The notes below the pieces were generated by a model. That model was given only the letters and a program-made list of their open reading frames with translations. It was not told where the DNA came from and searched no databases. From contig NC_082717.1 in NCBI RefSeq assembly GCF_030144855.1, positions 13,268,001 to 13,332,000 of the forward strand: a stretch of DNA of 64,000 nucleotides. The letters run 5' to 3'. This stretch comes from Hypanus sabinus. Taxonomy: Eukaryota. The translations under genes were made by a program, and so were the position numbers. Positions 50,490 to 64,000 of this stretch are shown here, one piece after another (within the stretch, counting starts at the first letter, position 1; the number at the start of each line of letters is the position of its first letter).

Positions 50490-52392
50490 GATTTTTGTGA
50501 TTTTATGAAAAAACATTCAGTTTTTTTAGATACAAACTCACATTCAGTTGATGATAAATTTATTTTATGGGAAGCGATGAAGGCATATTTGAGAGGCCAG
50601 ATAATAAGTTATACTTCTAAAATTAGGAAGGAATATATGGTAGAAATAGATCAATTGGAAAAAGAGATTACAAAATTAGAAAAAGAATCTCAACGATATA
50701 ACAGAAGAAAAATGAAGACAACGGGTTAATAAGAAGCTAAAATGTAGTACACTTCAGACATTCCCAACAGAAAAAGCAATTATGAGAACTAAACAGAGAT
50801 ATTATAAACTAGGTGAAAGATCAGACAAGATTCTTGCTTGGCAGTTACAAACAGGCCAGGCTTCCAAAACGATAAATGCAATTAGAACAAGTGTAGATAA
50901 AGTTACTTATAAACCTTTAGAAATCAATGAGACTTTAACAAATTTTTATTCTGAACTATCAATCAGAATCACAAAATGATATTGTTGAGATAGAAAGGTT
51001 TTTATCACAAATAACTCTCTCAAAATTGAATTCGGAAGAACAGAAAGGATTAGATATACCCTTTACATTAAAAGAGGTCGAAGAAGATCTAGGATCACTT
51101 CTGAGTAATAAATTTCCAGGAGAAGATGGTTTTCCGCCTGAATTTTACAAAAAGTTTAAAGATTTATTAATTCCTCCTTTTATGGAGCTAATACACCAAG
51201 TAGAAAGAACGCATAAACTTCCAGAATCTTTTTGGACAGCTATTTTAATAGTATTGCCAAAAAAAGATAGAGATCTTTTAAAGCCAACATCATACAGACC
51301 TATTTCTTTGTTGAATAAAATAATAGCAAAGATTTTATCCAATAGATTATCTAAATACTTACCAAAATTCATACATATGGATCAAACAGGATTTATCAAA
51401 AATAGACAATCGGCAGATAATGTATCTGGGTTACTTAACATAATTCATCTGGCACAAAAGAGGGAGGAAATGATTGTGGCAGTTGCTTTGGATGCAGAAA
51501 AAGCATTTGATAGATTGGAATGGGATTTTTTACTTTTAAGATAATGGAAAAATATGGATTAGGAGTATCTTTTATAAAATGGATTAAAACTTTAAATACT
51601 AATCCCAAAGCTAAAATAGTGACAAATGGCCAAATCTCAACATCATTTTAGTTAACAAAGTCAACTAGACAATGTTGTCCACTATCACCTGCTTTATTTG
51701 CGTTGGTAATAGAACCATTAGCTGAATTAATTAGAACTAAGTCAGATATTATGGGTTTCGGAGTTAATCAGGAGGAATATAAGATTAATTTATTTGATGA
51801 TGATGTTCCTGCTTTACCAAACTAATCCATTATATTCATTGCATAAATTAGCTTCCAGATTGGAAGAATATGGGAAAACATCAGGGTACAAAATAAATTG
51901 GGATAAAAGTGAAATTCTACCCCTTACTAAAGGAGACTATAGTCAATATCGATTAATAGCTCAATTTAGATGGCCGATAAATGGTATAAAGTATTTAGGT
52001 ATAAGAGTTGATAATGATATAAAGAATTTATATAAATTAAATTATTTGCCATTATTGAAAAAAATTCAAGAGGATCTTGATAAATGGATGATGTTACCAA
52101 CAACATTAACAGGTAGAGTCAATGCTGTAAAAATGAATATATTCCCTAGATTACAATATTTATTCCAAATACTATCAATACAATTACCGCAGAAGTTTTT
52201 TCAAGAGTTAAGTAAATATGTGAGGAAGTTCCTTTGGAAAGGTAAGATGTCAAGAATATCGTTGGAAAAATTGACATGGAAATTTGACCTAGGAGGGTTA
52301 CAATTACCAAATTTTAAGAATTATTACAAAACAAATCAACTTAGATTTATTGCATCTTTTTTTGATGAAGATAAACCGACATGGATTAGAAT
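50490..52392 (+). mobile_element. L1-clade LINE ORF2 fragment (frameshifted)
   Basis: LWEAMKAYLRGQIISY, FPGEDGFPPEFYK, YRPISLLN, DQTGFI, ALDAEKAFDRLEW, GYKINWDKSE, IKYLGI, GGLQLPN. Confidence 0.9.
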
Positions 52393-52790
52393 AGAACATA
52401 GAATAGTAGAGCACATTACAGGCCCTTTGGCCCACAATGTTGTGCCGACCGTCAAACCCTGCCTCCCATAATAACCTCCACCTTAAATTCCTCCATATAC
52501 CTGTCAAGTAGCCTCTTAAATTTCACTAGTGTATCTGACTCAGGCAGTGCATTCCACGCACCAGCCACTCTCTGAGTGAAAAACCTGCCTCTAATATCCT
52601 CCTTGAACTTCCCTCCCCTTACCTTAAAGCCATGTCCTCTTGTACTGAGCAGTGGTGCCCTGGGGAAGTGGCACTGGGTGTCCACTCTGTCTATTCCTCT
52701 TAATATCTTGTACACCTCTATCATGTCTCCTCTCATCCTCCTTCTCTCCAAAGAGTAAAGCTCTAGCTCCCTTAATCTCTGATCATAATG
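52393..52790 (-). mobile_element. CR1 3' end
   Basis: RRMRGDMIEVYKILRG...FFTQRVAGAWNALP, with a (ttcta)-type tail. Confidence 0.85.
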
Positions 52791-55109
52791 GCTGATTTAT
52801 TATCCCTTTCAACCCCATTCTCCTACCTTCTCCCCATAGCCTTTGACACCCTGACTAATCAAGAACTTATCAACCTCTGCTTTAAATGTACCCAATATCT
52901 TGTCCTCCACAGCCATCTATGACAATAAATTCCACAGAATCACCATCCTCTGGCTAAAGAAATTACTGCTCGTCTCTGTTCAAAAAAGAGCAAAAGAAGG
53001 TGGTAAACTTCACCAGGACATGCTGGATTTGCATTTGAGCTTTCAGCATAACATTGGTTGACGACTTGCCATAATTGCTCTATTGTTCCTTATTCCTTTT
53101 GTTAATTAAGCTTTGCTCATGTTCACAATTTAAGCAGAGGTGTCTGTGATTCTGGCGTTTGATTCCTGCTGCTGTCTTTAAGGAGTTTGTACATTCACTC
53201 CTTAACCGTGTGGGTTTCCTTTAGGTGCTCCAGTTTCCTCCCACAGTCCTAAGATGTGCATTTTGGGTTAGTGAGCTCTAGACATGGTATGCTGGCGCAG
53301 GAAGCGTGGTGACACTTACGGACTGCCGCCATCACATCCTCGGACTGTGTTGGTTGTTGACGCAAAACAAAGCGTTTTATGTATGATTTAGTGTTTCGAT
53401 GTGCATGTGACAAGAAAGCTAACCTTTAATAAATCCTTGGGGTTTTCAAAGGCAATGTTACAAACAGGGCTTGACACAGTTGTTTGCCATTTTGAAATGA
53501 ATAATTGGATGAAATAACTCAGGACCTGCACTTGCCTTCCACATCCTTGGGACATTCCAGATCACTTTAGTTCGAATGTAAATTTATTACCAAAGTCCAT
53601 ACAATATATGTCACCATAAAGTACCCCGAGATTCACTTTCTTGTGGGCATTCACAGTAGAACAAAGAAATACAATAGAATCAATGAAAAACTACACACAA
53701 AGACTGACAATCAATGTGCAAAAGAAGGCAAACTGTGTAAATACAGAAAAATAAATAATACTGAAAACGTGAGTTGTAGAGCATTTGAAAGTGAGTCCAT
53801 AGGTTGGGTTCAGTGATCAGTTCAGGGTTAAGGTGAGTGAAGTTATCCACACCAGTTCGGTATTGTCTACAAACAGGTTCGGTATTGTCATTTAAAGTAA
53901 AATTGGATAGGTATATGGACAGGAAAGGAATGGAGGGTTATGGGCTGAGTGCGGGCCAGTGGGACTAGGTGAAAGTAAGCGTTCAGCACAGACTAGAAGG
54001 GCCGAGATGGCCTGTGTCCGTGCTGTAATTGTTATATGGTTATACCAGTTCACGAGGCAGATGGTTGAAGCTAACGATGTACGTTTTTGAAGTGTCGAAA
54101 TATGGGAGACGTGGCAACAAGCTGCAGCACAATGAATCCTCTGAGCAGCGATGTGATACTGTCCAGAGCATTTTGGTGATGTTGACTGAGATGGATCTAG
54201 TGTTCTGGCCAATGAAAAGACTGCTATGTTCCCGAGAGAACAGTCAGGGTATTGGTTTAAATTTGCATCTAATGCGTATCATTTTCATAAGCACAGACCT
54301 ATAGAGGGAGTGCCTGAGTGAGTTTGTTGTGCTTGAGTCTCTATCAGTTTAAAGATTAGCTTTGTTTGTCACATGTACAGCAAAGCCCACAGTGAAATGT
54401 ACAAACATACGTGATAAATAAAGTTAATTTTACTGCCTGACCCTCAATTGTAATGACATTGCACTTCTGATAATTCATGTGTTTGATACCAATCCAAAAC
54501 ACAAGAGATTCTGCACATGCTGGAAATCCCGAGGACCACACACAAAATGCTGGAGGAACTCTGCAGGTCAGGCAGCATCCATGGAAAGGAATAATGAGTC
54601 AGTGTTTTCAACCCCAAAGCAATTGATGCAGTTGCAAAGGAGGCACAACTGCAGCTATATTTCATTAGGAGATTTGGTATGTCACCAAATACCCTTGCAG
54701 ATTTATACAGATGTACCGTGGAGAGCTTTCCAAATGGCTGCATCAGCATTTGGTATTGTGGGAGAGGGGGACGCACAGGATCAAAATAAGCTGCAGAAAG
54801 TTATAAACATAGTCAGCTCCAGCATGGGCACTAGCTTCTGTAGTATCCAGGACATCTTCAAGGACTGATGCCTCAAAAAGTCATCATCCAATTGAAGGAC
54901 CCCCATCACCCAGGACATGCCCTCTTCTCATTGCTACCATCTGGAATCAGGGAGGAGGTACAAGAGCCCAAAGGCACACATTCAACCATTCAGGAATAGC
55001 TTCTTCCCCTCTGCCATCCAATTCCTGAATGGACATTGAACCCATGAACCTCACTACTTTTTTTTGTATTACTTATTTAATTTAAATAAGTAGTGCAAAA
55101 AATTATGGC

Positions 55110-55550
55110 ATGAACGTCAATTTCTTGAACTTTCAGTTGTTTTTACCCCCCCCCCCCCCCCGCCCCACTATTCCCCATTCTGGTTTCCCCTTCTCACCTT
55201 ATCTTCTTACCTGTCCATCACTTCCTTCTGGTGCTCCTCCTCCTTCCCTTTATTCCATGGCCTTCTGTCCTCTCCTATCAGATTCCCCCTCCTCCAGCCC
55301 TTTCTCTCTTTCACCAATCAACTTCCCAGATCTTTACTTCACTGTCTCACCCTCTCCTGGTTTCCACTATCACCTGCTGCCTTGTGCTTCTTCGTCCCTT
55401 CCCACCCCCACCCCGACTCACCTTCTTAATCTGACCTCTCCCCTTCCTTTCCAGTCCTGAAGAAGGGTCTTGACCTGAAACATCGACTGTTTACTCTTTT
55501 CCATAGATGTTGCCTGGCCTGCTGAGTTCCTCTGGCATTTTGTGTATGTT
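55110..55550 (+). mobile_element. Penelope-like 3' tail/pLTR with hammerhead motif
   Basis: Pyrimidine-rich tail, then CAGTC-CTGAAGA-AGGGTCTTGACCT-GAAA-CA-TC-GACTG at 55452-55489. Confidence 0.75.
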
Positions 55551-57059
55551 CCTTTAACTATTTTATGTGTGTATATATATCTTACTGTAATTCACAGTTT
55601 TGATTATTATGTATTGCTACTGCATAACAGATTTCACAACACGTGCCAGTGATATTAAACCTGATTCTGATCCTCAGATCCAACATCAGATCAAATCTTG
55701 TAAATGATGTAGATTGTTAAAGAACTGTGTGATTAACCTTGACCAGTCTCCCTTTGGTTTTATTTTCCGTATGCAGTTCTTTGCAACCATTTCTGAGATG
55801 TTTACAACTGCACTTATATTAGCAGCATTAATGTAAGGAATGTCCCAGGATATTTGATAAATAGGCTTTTATTTTCCTTACCCAGAATTCAGTGTACCTA
55901 GACTAATGGTTATGTTGTTGTTGTTTTTGGGTGGGTGATTCTGCAATTCCAGTGGGAGTCGTGCCTTTCCCAAAGTCCAATTCCTTGCTGTCATTACCCC
56001 AGCCTTTACTGGCAATGTTCAACCAGCTAGTGCGATGCAATTACAGCTTGAGGCGTTGGAGTTCAGAGCTTAATTCCAATGTCATCTGTACAGAGTTTGG
56101 ATGCACGCCCTGTGAAAGGCGTGTGTTTTCTCTGCGTGCTCCAGTTACCTCTCACAGTTCAAAGACACACTGGTTAGTAGGTTATTGCATATTATCCCGT
56201 GATTAGGTTAGAGTTAAATCAGAGGGTGCTGGGTGGCACAGCTCAAAGGGCCAGAATGGCCTGTTCTGCATTATATCTCTAAATAAAATTAAATTCTCTC
56301 TTCAACAGGGGATCAGAGGTGCAGAGAGTTAGTAACTTTAAATACCTTGGTTTTATCATTTCAGAGGGTCTATACTGGGATTATCACAAAGTGCCATTAC
56401 AAAGAAGGCCTCTGCCTCTGCTTAAAAGTTTTCACAGATTCAGCATGCCATCTAAAACTTTGACCAATTCCTATAGATGCACAGTGGAGAGTGTCCTAAC
56501 CAGTTACATCACAACATGGTATGGAAGCACCAATGCCCAGGAACAGAAAAGCCCACAGAAAGTGGTGGATACAGCCCAGTCCACAGGTAAAGCTCTCCCC
56601 ACCATTAAGCCCATCAGCTAAGGAGCTCTGCCGCAGGAAAGCAGCATCCATTATCTAGGATCCCCACCATCCAGGCCGTGCTGTCTTCTCTCTGCTGCCA
56701 TCACTCTGATCTCAAGCCTCTGCTGCCTTTCAGCTATATCCACTCATGGGGGAGGCTTCAGAAGTAAACCCCAAAGTAAAAATCCGGATCTGGAGTCCCT
56801 AAGGCCATCCTACGTTGAGTTCGATGCTGACTGGCAACTCCTGTGACACCACTGGTGCCAAAAGGTATCGTTCTCTGCTGTTCTTTATGATTCATCAGCT
56901 GTACGGAGTAAACTTATTATCAAAGTACATATATGTCACCATATACTACTGTCCTGAGATTCATTTTCTTGCAAGCATTCACAATAGGTACAAGAAACAC
57001 GATAGAATCAATGAAGGACCACAACCAACAGGATGGTCAAACAGCCAAACTTCCTACGA

Positions 57060-58110
57060 CAGCACTCCGTGTAGATGGGCTTAATGGTGGGGAGAGCTTT
57101 ACCTGTGGACTGGGCTGTATCTAGTACTTTTGTAGGATTTCCCATTCAAGGGCACTGGTGCTCCCATACCAGGCTGTGATGCAGCCAGTCAACATACTCT
57201 CCACCACTCATCTGTAGAAATTTGTCAAAATTTTAGATGTCATGCCAAATCTTCACAAACTCCCTAGGAAGTAGAGGCACTGCCATGTTGACTTCATAAT
57301 GGCAGTTACATACTGGGCCCAGGATATGTCTTCTAAAGTAACAACACCGAGGATTTTAAAGTTGCTGACCCTCTCCACCTCTGACCCTGAATAAGAACTG
57401 GCTCGTGGACCTCCGATTTTCTCCTCCTGAAGTCAATAATCAGGACCTTGGTCTTGCTGACTTTGAGTGAGAGGTTTTGCTGTGGCACCGCTCAGCCAGA
57501 TTTCCAATCTCAACCACCTTTGATTCGGCCAACAACAGTGGTGTCATCAGCAAACCTAAATATGGCTTTAGAGCAGTGCTTGGCCACAGAGACATATGTG
57601 CAAAGTAAGTAGAGCAGGGGACTAAGCACACCGCCTTGGGGTGCACCTGTGCTGATGGAGATTGTTTTTTTTAAATATTTATTCATTTACAGGATGTAGG
57701 TGTCACCAGCTAAACTAACATTTATTGCCCATCCCTAGTTGCCCTTGAGAAGGTGGTGATGAGCTGCCTTCTTGAACCGCTGCAGTGTGAGGTGTAGGTA
57801 CACCCACAGTGCTGTGAGGGAGGGAATTCCATGATTTTGACTCAGCAACAATGAAGGAACGGCGATATGTTTCCCAGTCAGGATGGTGAGTGACTTGGAG
57901 AGGATTTCCAAGTGGTGGTCTTCCCAGCTATCTGCTGTTCTCATCCATCTTGATGGTGAAGGAGATGTTGTTGCCATTCTGAACTGACTGAGGTCTGCAA
58001 GTGAGGAAATCGAGGATCCAGTTGCACAAGGAGGTATTGAGACCAAGGTATAGGAGCTTATTGATTAGTTTTGAGGGGATGATGATATTGAATGCTGAGC
58101 TGTAGTCACT
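57060..58110 (-). mobile_element. Decayed Rex1 RT/3' fragment with a nested LINE 3' end (57665-57945)
   Basis: [11 protein letters not shown]...[10 protein letters not shown] (57928-58122). The nested piece reads LQRFKKAAHHHLLKGN* with an A-rich tail. Confidence 0.7.
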
Positions 58111-58496
58111 ATTATCACACAATATTATATAGCTGATGCACTTCTAATGATATATTTTACACATTCACATATTGCTTGCAGACTATAAACTGGAAATATT
58201 TTTTCCTCTTTACCCTTGGGATCACTTTTGTTGCTTTACTCTGCACTATAGTTGTTATTAAATCGTTCTGATTTTGATCTTTAATCCCAATTCCAGCCCA
58301 GTCTTTTTTGCATTTCCTTTTTCATCGCCACTTACATTTTTTTGCAATTGTGTGGAAAGCATTCACAAACTATCTAAACACTTCTACAAAATATTGATAG
58401 GTGTTCTCCATCCCTACTGCAGTTCCCCTTCTAGTGACGTCAGAAGATTAGCAGTTGAGTTTACAACTGGGTTACTTAGATGGAAGTTACTCGAAG

Positions 58497-60064
58497 TGCA
58501 TCCATGGGTTCTGAAGGAGGTGGCTTTGGAGATTGTGGAGGCATTGGAAATAATCTTCCAGGAATCAGTAGACTCAGGCACGGTTCTGGAGGACTGGAAG
58601 GTCGCAAATGTAGTTCCGTTGTTTAAGAAAGGGGGGAGGCAGCAATAAGAAAATTACAGACCTATTAGTCTGACATCGGTAGTTGGAAAGTTATTGGAGT
58701 TGATCCTCAAGGATGAGATTATGAATTGCCTTGAGGTGCATGACAAAATAGGCCCAAGCTAGCATGGTTTCATGAAGGGAAGATCCTGTCTCACCAACCT
58801 ATTGGAATTTTTTGAGGTAATCTCAAATAAGATTGACAAGGGAGAGGCTGTGGATGTTGTGTATTTGGATTTCCAAAAGACCTTCGATAAGGTGCCACAT
58901 AAGAGGCTGCTTAATAAGATGAGGGCCCATGGAATTACAGGAAGGATATTGGAATGGGTGAAGCATTGGCTGATAAGCAGAAAGCAGAGAGTGGGAATAC
59001 AGGGATCCTATTCTGGTTAGTTGCTGGTTACTAGTGGTGTTCTGCAGGAGTTGGTGTTGGGGCCTCTTCTTTTTAAACTGTATATCGACGATTTAGATTA
59101 TGGATTAAATGGTTTTGTGGCTAAGTTAGCGGATGACACCAAGATAGGTGGAGGAGCAGGAAGTGTTGAAAAAAAGGAAAGGTTGCAGAGAGACTTGGTT
59201 AGTTTAGGAGAGTGGACAAAGAAATGGCAGACGAGATACAATGTTGAGAAATGTACGGTTGTACATTTTGGAAGAAGAAACAATAGGGCAGATTATTATT
59301 TAGATGGGGAGAAAATTCAAAAATCGGAAGTGCAAAGGGACTTGGGGGTCCAAGTGCAGGATACCCTAAAGGTTAACCACCAGGTTGGATTGGCAGTAAG
59401 GAAAGCGAATGCTACGTTGGCATTCATTTCAAGAGGAATAGTGTATAAGAGTAAGGAGGTGTTGATGAGGCTCTATGGGGCACTGGTGAGACCCCATTTG
59501 GAATACTGTGTGCAGTTCTGGGCCCCCTATCTTAGAAAGGATGTGCTGATGTTGGAGAGAGTTCAGAGAAGATTCACTAGGATGATTCCTGGAATGCAGG
59601 GACTAACATATGAGGAGCATTTCTCGGCACTTAGATTGTATTCATTAGAGTATAGAAGAATGAGAGGGGATCTCATTGAAACATTTCGAATGTCGAAAGG
59701 GTTGGACAGAGTAGGTGTGGAAAGGCTGTTTCCCTTGGTGGGTGAGTCCAGGACAAGAGGTCGCAGTCTTAGAATTAGAGGGTACCCATTTAAAACAGAG
59801 ATGAGGAGAAATTTTTTTAGCCAGAGGGTCGTGGATTTATGGAATTCGTTGCCACATACAGCTGTGGAGGCCCAATCATTGAGAGTGTTTAAGGAGATTG
59901 GTAGGTATCTATTTAGTCAGGGTATCAAGGGATATGGGGAAAAAGCCGGAAATTGGAACTAGATGGGAGAATAGTTTAGCTCATGGTGGAGTGGCAGAGC
60001 AGACTCAATGGGCCGAATGGCCTACTTCTGCTCCTTTGTCTTGTGATCTTGTGATCTTGTGATC
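58497..60064 (+). mobile_element. 5'-truncated CR1 (RT and 3'UTR) with (CTTGTGAT)n tail
   Basis: WKVANVVPLFKKG, VYLDFQKTFDKVPH, LADDTK, VRPHLEYCVQFWAP (ORFs 58274-59962). Octamer tail repeats at 60040-60064. Confidence 0.93.
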
Positions 60065-60509
60065 GATGGAAAGCAGGAATGAAGCAACTGTGGCCAATCT
60101 GATATGAAAATGTTTAAGGAAAAATTATTACAGACGGGTCTTTACAAAAATCTGTTTCTAAAGGTTAGATTTATTTATTAATTACAGATGTACATCAAAA
60201 CATCCAGTGAAATATGTTGTTTGTACACTGGCTGAACGCCCAATTTGGTGTGGTCTTTCATTATTTTTATTATGGTTATTATTCTATGGATTTATTGAGT
60301 AAGCCTGTAAGAAAACGAATCTCAGGGTTGTATTTGGTGCTATATATGTATTTTGATAATAAATTTATATTGAACTTTGAACAGCGAACACAATCTGAGG
60401 GTGCACTGGGGGCAGCCCACAAGTGTTGCCATACCTTTCACCGTCAACACAGCTCACCCACAATGCTCAGCAGAGCAACACACAGCCAACATACAACCAG
60501 CAACAAATG

Positions 60510-61840
60510 AGGCCCTCCACTGGATGGGGTCAACCGTGGAAGTTGCATCCCAGCTGTCTACGTGATATGCAAGCCAGTACACAGTCCGGGGCAGTATGAT
60601 ATGGGGAGCTAACTGTTGCCATGCTGCAAGTTCTCCCTCTCTATGCAGCTAATGAATTCAAAGGAACGGCAGAGACTGATACGATTTGTCACCAGCTGTT
60701 GTACAGGAGTTGTCAGTCAGGGTTGAACTCAATGTAGGACTGCCTTAGGGACTCCAGCTCCGGAATTTCCCTCAAAGTTTACTCCTGAAGTCTTCCCTAT
60801 AAGTGGGTGTAGCCATAAGACAGCGGAGGTTTGGGATCAGAGTTTTCCTTATCCGAGATGTGCTGCCAACCACGACTGACGAGCCCCATTTGCCCAAAGC
60901 AATTGGTTTTAAGGCACCAGTTACCCACCTTTGCCCCTTTTCCTGTCTGTTGCAATGGTTCCATTGGGCTTAATAGTTAAGCCAGGAGCTGGTCTTGGTT
61001 GTCAGAGGCTATTAGAGACACTGGGAGCATTTAATAGGTCCTGTGAGCTTGTCCCACTACCACTCGCAGCTATAACAACATTAAGGTACAAGCAACAACA
61101 GTAAAACAAGCCCCTTCCCCACTCCTGCAACCCAGCACACAGACTGCCTCCAGTGCCCATAAGTCAATTTTGTCTGTAGATTGGAGAATACACAAAAATT
61201 ACATAATATGGTAACTGCAGTATTGTAATAACTGGTATCTAAAGTACCTAAGAGCATGAAGAAATAACAAGTTTTAACAGTTGGAGAGAAAGAAGAAAAC
61301 TAGTTCTAGGAAAGTGGCGGTAGCTGTCCGTCATGTCCAACCGGAACAGGGAACTTGTGCGGGAGGGTTTTTAAAGTGGAAAAGCTGCTGCACTGGGGCA
61401 GTTCCACTCCCTCGACCTTGGAGGTCTGAGTCCAGGAGCACGAACAGGCGTCACAACTGGAGTCTTCCTTGGTTGCCGGGGATAACCATAACTTCTGTGC
61501 TTCGTCACATCCTTCACTCTGCACGGAGCATTTCAGAGTCACATTCTTGGCCATTGGATCCCACTGTAGATCTCATCCACCCAGTCCACTGGAGGTGAGT
61601 TTGCATGCAAGGACAGGCGCGTCCCTATCTCACTGAGGCATGAGACCCACTAGCCGTCCTCAAGTGGTTTAGCCCACTTGTCAAAGCAGTGTCCCCAATG
61701 TGGCTTCTGCTGTTTGCAAGCTGCTACTTGGAGCCACAGGTGAAAGCTGAGAATCCGGTGGGAACCAAAGGTGAGTGAGTTGCCTCAGAATGGGCACAGC
61801 AAGCCCCTTCACCAGAGGTGCACCCCCTACACCCTGGGAA
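60510..61840 (-). mobile_element. Two RTE-like 5' region remnants (~60510-61080 and ~61300-61840)
   Basis: The first shares sequence with the + strand copy at ~56705-56900. The style resembles RTE 5'UTRs. No long ORF. Confidence 0.4.
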
Positions 61841-62279
61841 TTCTAGGAATGAACATATGTACAAGCATCATACTTTAACAATGTAATGAGGAGTGGGCAC
61901 CCATAGGTCAGGCATCCATAACCTGCAGGAGGGAAGGAGCACCTCACACCCCCATATCTCCACCCGCCAGTTGTGTTTACAGGACAAAATCCCATCATTC
62001 CCATCGCTCCATCCACCACACCTTGTACACTCCTTTTCACCTTGTCAACAACCCTAATATCTCCCATAAGAAGGTTCTGAAAACACTCAGCAGGTGAGTT
62101 GGTACCTGTGAGGAGAGAGAGGAGCGGAGTTAACAATTCAGATCAATGAGCCCATCAAAATTAAAGTTAGTGCCGGGGAGAAGCATGTACCTCAGTCTTA
62201 AGCAGTAACAGACCTGTGCCCATATTTACTGCCAAGGAGTTCTACGTCACAGAAACTGGCCAACTCGTCCATGCCATGC

Positions 62280-63610
62280 CTAGTCTCACCCAACCTCAGT
62301 GGAAAAAGCCTGCTTGTGTTTATCCTATCTATACCCCTCATAATTCTGTATACCCCTATCAAATCTCCCCTCAATCTCCTACGCTCTAGCGAATAAAGTC
62401 CTAACCTATTCAACCTTTCCTTACAATTCAGTTCCTCAAGTCCTGGTGACATTCTTGTAAATAGGGAGCCACAGTACCGTAGCGGTTAGCGTAACGCTAT
62501 TACTGTTGGGGGCACTCCGGAGCTCGGAGTTCAGTACCAGTGCCCTTCTGCCAGGAGTCTCCGTGTGTCCTCACCATGGAATGTGTGGGTCTCCTTCTGT
62601 TCCTCCGCTTTCCTCCCATAGCCCAAAGATGTACTGGGTAGGTTAAATGGTCGTTGTAAATTGTCTTGTGATTAGGTTAGGGTCAGTCAGGTTTGTCAGG
62701 GGTTGCTGGGGCAGTGTGGCTCGAAGGACCAGAGGGGCCTACTCTGCATTGTATCAGTAAATAAATAATCTTTCTGCAAAATCTTTCAGTCTTATTGATA
62801 CTTTTCATGAAAGTAGGTGACCAGAACTGTGCACAATGCTCCAACTCAGGCCTCACCAAGAACTTATATGATCCCAACATGACATTACAGCTCCTGTACT
62901 AAAACTTTGATTTATGGTCAATGTGCAAAAAGCTCTCTTTACAGCCCTATCTACCTGTGATGCCACTTTCAAGGAATTATGGATCTGGATTCCAAGATCC
63001 TTCTGTTCTACCACATTTCTCAGTGCCTTACCACTCACCATGTAAGTCCTGGTTTTCCCTCCCAAAAATGCAAATCCTCACACTTGTCTGCATCAAACTC
63101 CATCTGCCACTTCTCACCCCACTTTTCCAGCTGGTCTCAGATTCTGCTGCATTCTGATAGCATTCCTCACTGTCCACTACACCCTCAATCTTGGTGTCAT
63201 CCACAAATTTGCTGATCCAGTTCATTGAAAATATGCTATTGTTGGCAAATATCAAAGTAAAATGTATTATCCTTTCTGATACCACCAAAATTGGCCTTTC
63301 TCCAAATAAGATATCAAGCCGAGGACCAGACCTATGCTTCTCCATAATTACCTGAAACTAATGGCATTATGGTTACAAGAGGCAAAGTGTTTCCCCTTCA
63401 GAAACTTCTGCCACCTGCCCTGTCATTTTCCCTAGTAGGAGATTTAATATCATACTCTATCCAGTTGGGACTTTTATATTCAGAACACATTTGACCAACT
63501 ATCCACCTTGCTGTTCTACAATATGGGAGTCACAGTCAATATGTGGAAAGCTATAATCACCTACAATCACAACTGCAAGTCTGTGATCTCTCCACAAACT
63601 TGCTCCTTTA
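62280..63610 (-). mobile_element. Decayed CR1 with a nested V-SINE
   Basis: RLNRLGLYSLERRRLRGDLI, VRPELEHCAQFWSP, ISKFVDDTKI. Confidence 0.8.
62463..62768 (+). mobile_element. tRNA-derived V-type (HE1-like) SINE
   Basis: Head cgtagcggttagcgtaacgctattac, B-box-like gagttcagtacc, V-domain ctccgctttcctccca, (aaat)n tail. Further copies at ~53140-53430 and ~56025-56290. Confidence 0.7.
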
Positions 63611-63659
63611 AATCCCCCTGATCTATAATATAATATAATCTATAATATAATCCCATTGA

Positions 63660-64000
63660 TGTGGTGAGATCCAATGTAGATTGGGAGACTGCTTCCCCAA
63701 GCACATATACTCCATCCACCAGAAAAAGCAAGTTCTCCCAGTGGCCACCCATTTTAATTCTACTTCCGATTTCCATTCCGACACACCAGTCCATGGTCTC
63801 CTCTACTATCACAATGAGGTTGGAGGAGCAACGCCTGTCTGGGTAACCTCCAACCTAATGGCACAAGCATCAATTTCTAGAACGTCTGGTAATGCCTGCA
63901 CCCCTCCATCATTCCTTCTCCCTTATCACCTTGCCCGTCCCTCGCCTCCCTCTGGTGCTCCTCCCCCTTTCTTTTTTCCATGGATTCTGTCCTCTCCTAT
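63660..64000 (+). mobile_element. Penelope-like GIY-YIG 3' fragment running off the window
   Basis: CRLGDCFPKH...PVATHFNS...RLEEQRL, followed by the same pyrimidine-rich tail as other PLE copies. Confidence 0.7.

Noticed and set aside
53855-53889. 13-bp direct repeat GTTCGGTATTGTC
   Set aside because: Only two copies at a TE junction. It is a local duplication and not a CRISPR-like array; no CRISPR is expected or seen in this eukaryotic DNA.
62463-62545. tRNA-like A/B box sequences
   Set aside because: These are SINE heads followed by a V-domain and tail. They do not form a cloverleaf, so they are not tRNA genes.

Overview
Vertebrate nuclear DNA, most likely from a cartilaginous fish (ray or shark). 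This is inferred from the repeat landscape: CR1 LINEs dominate, with HE1/V-type SINEs, Penelope-like elements and Rex1. Three host genes are supported. Replication-dependent histone H2A (252-632) and H2B (1650-2024) are both on the minus strand, in tandem, each with a 3' stem-loop and HDE. A complete four-exon COX20 gene (CDS 31241-49183, +, 116 aa) has a CpG-island promoter with an NRF1 site; the ORF track misses it because the exons are short. Most of the rest is nested transposon debris: many CR1 and Rex1 fragments, an essentially full-length decayed I/Nimb-type LINE with RNase H (13.4-18.7 kb), an L1-clade ORF2 fragment, a decayed class I (gamma/epsilon-like) endogenous retrovirus (5.0-9.7 kb), a solo LTR, RTE-derived elements, Tc1 and Tigger derivatives, and a 131-N assembly gap. 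The most interesting hidden structures are: (i) minimal type I hammerhead-ribozyme motifs from two Penelope-like families, one with a fold-back that breaks at ribozyme stem I; (ii) a Tc1 derivative made of two 3' ends forming ~500-bp inverted arms in COX20 intron 1; (iii) a composite MITE whose ends are mini-MITEs and which carries a captured LINE tail; (iv) an out-of-frame overlapping uORF in COX20. I cannot support a wholly new biological system from sequence alone. Repeat boundaries are approximate unless a TSD or TIR is cited.
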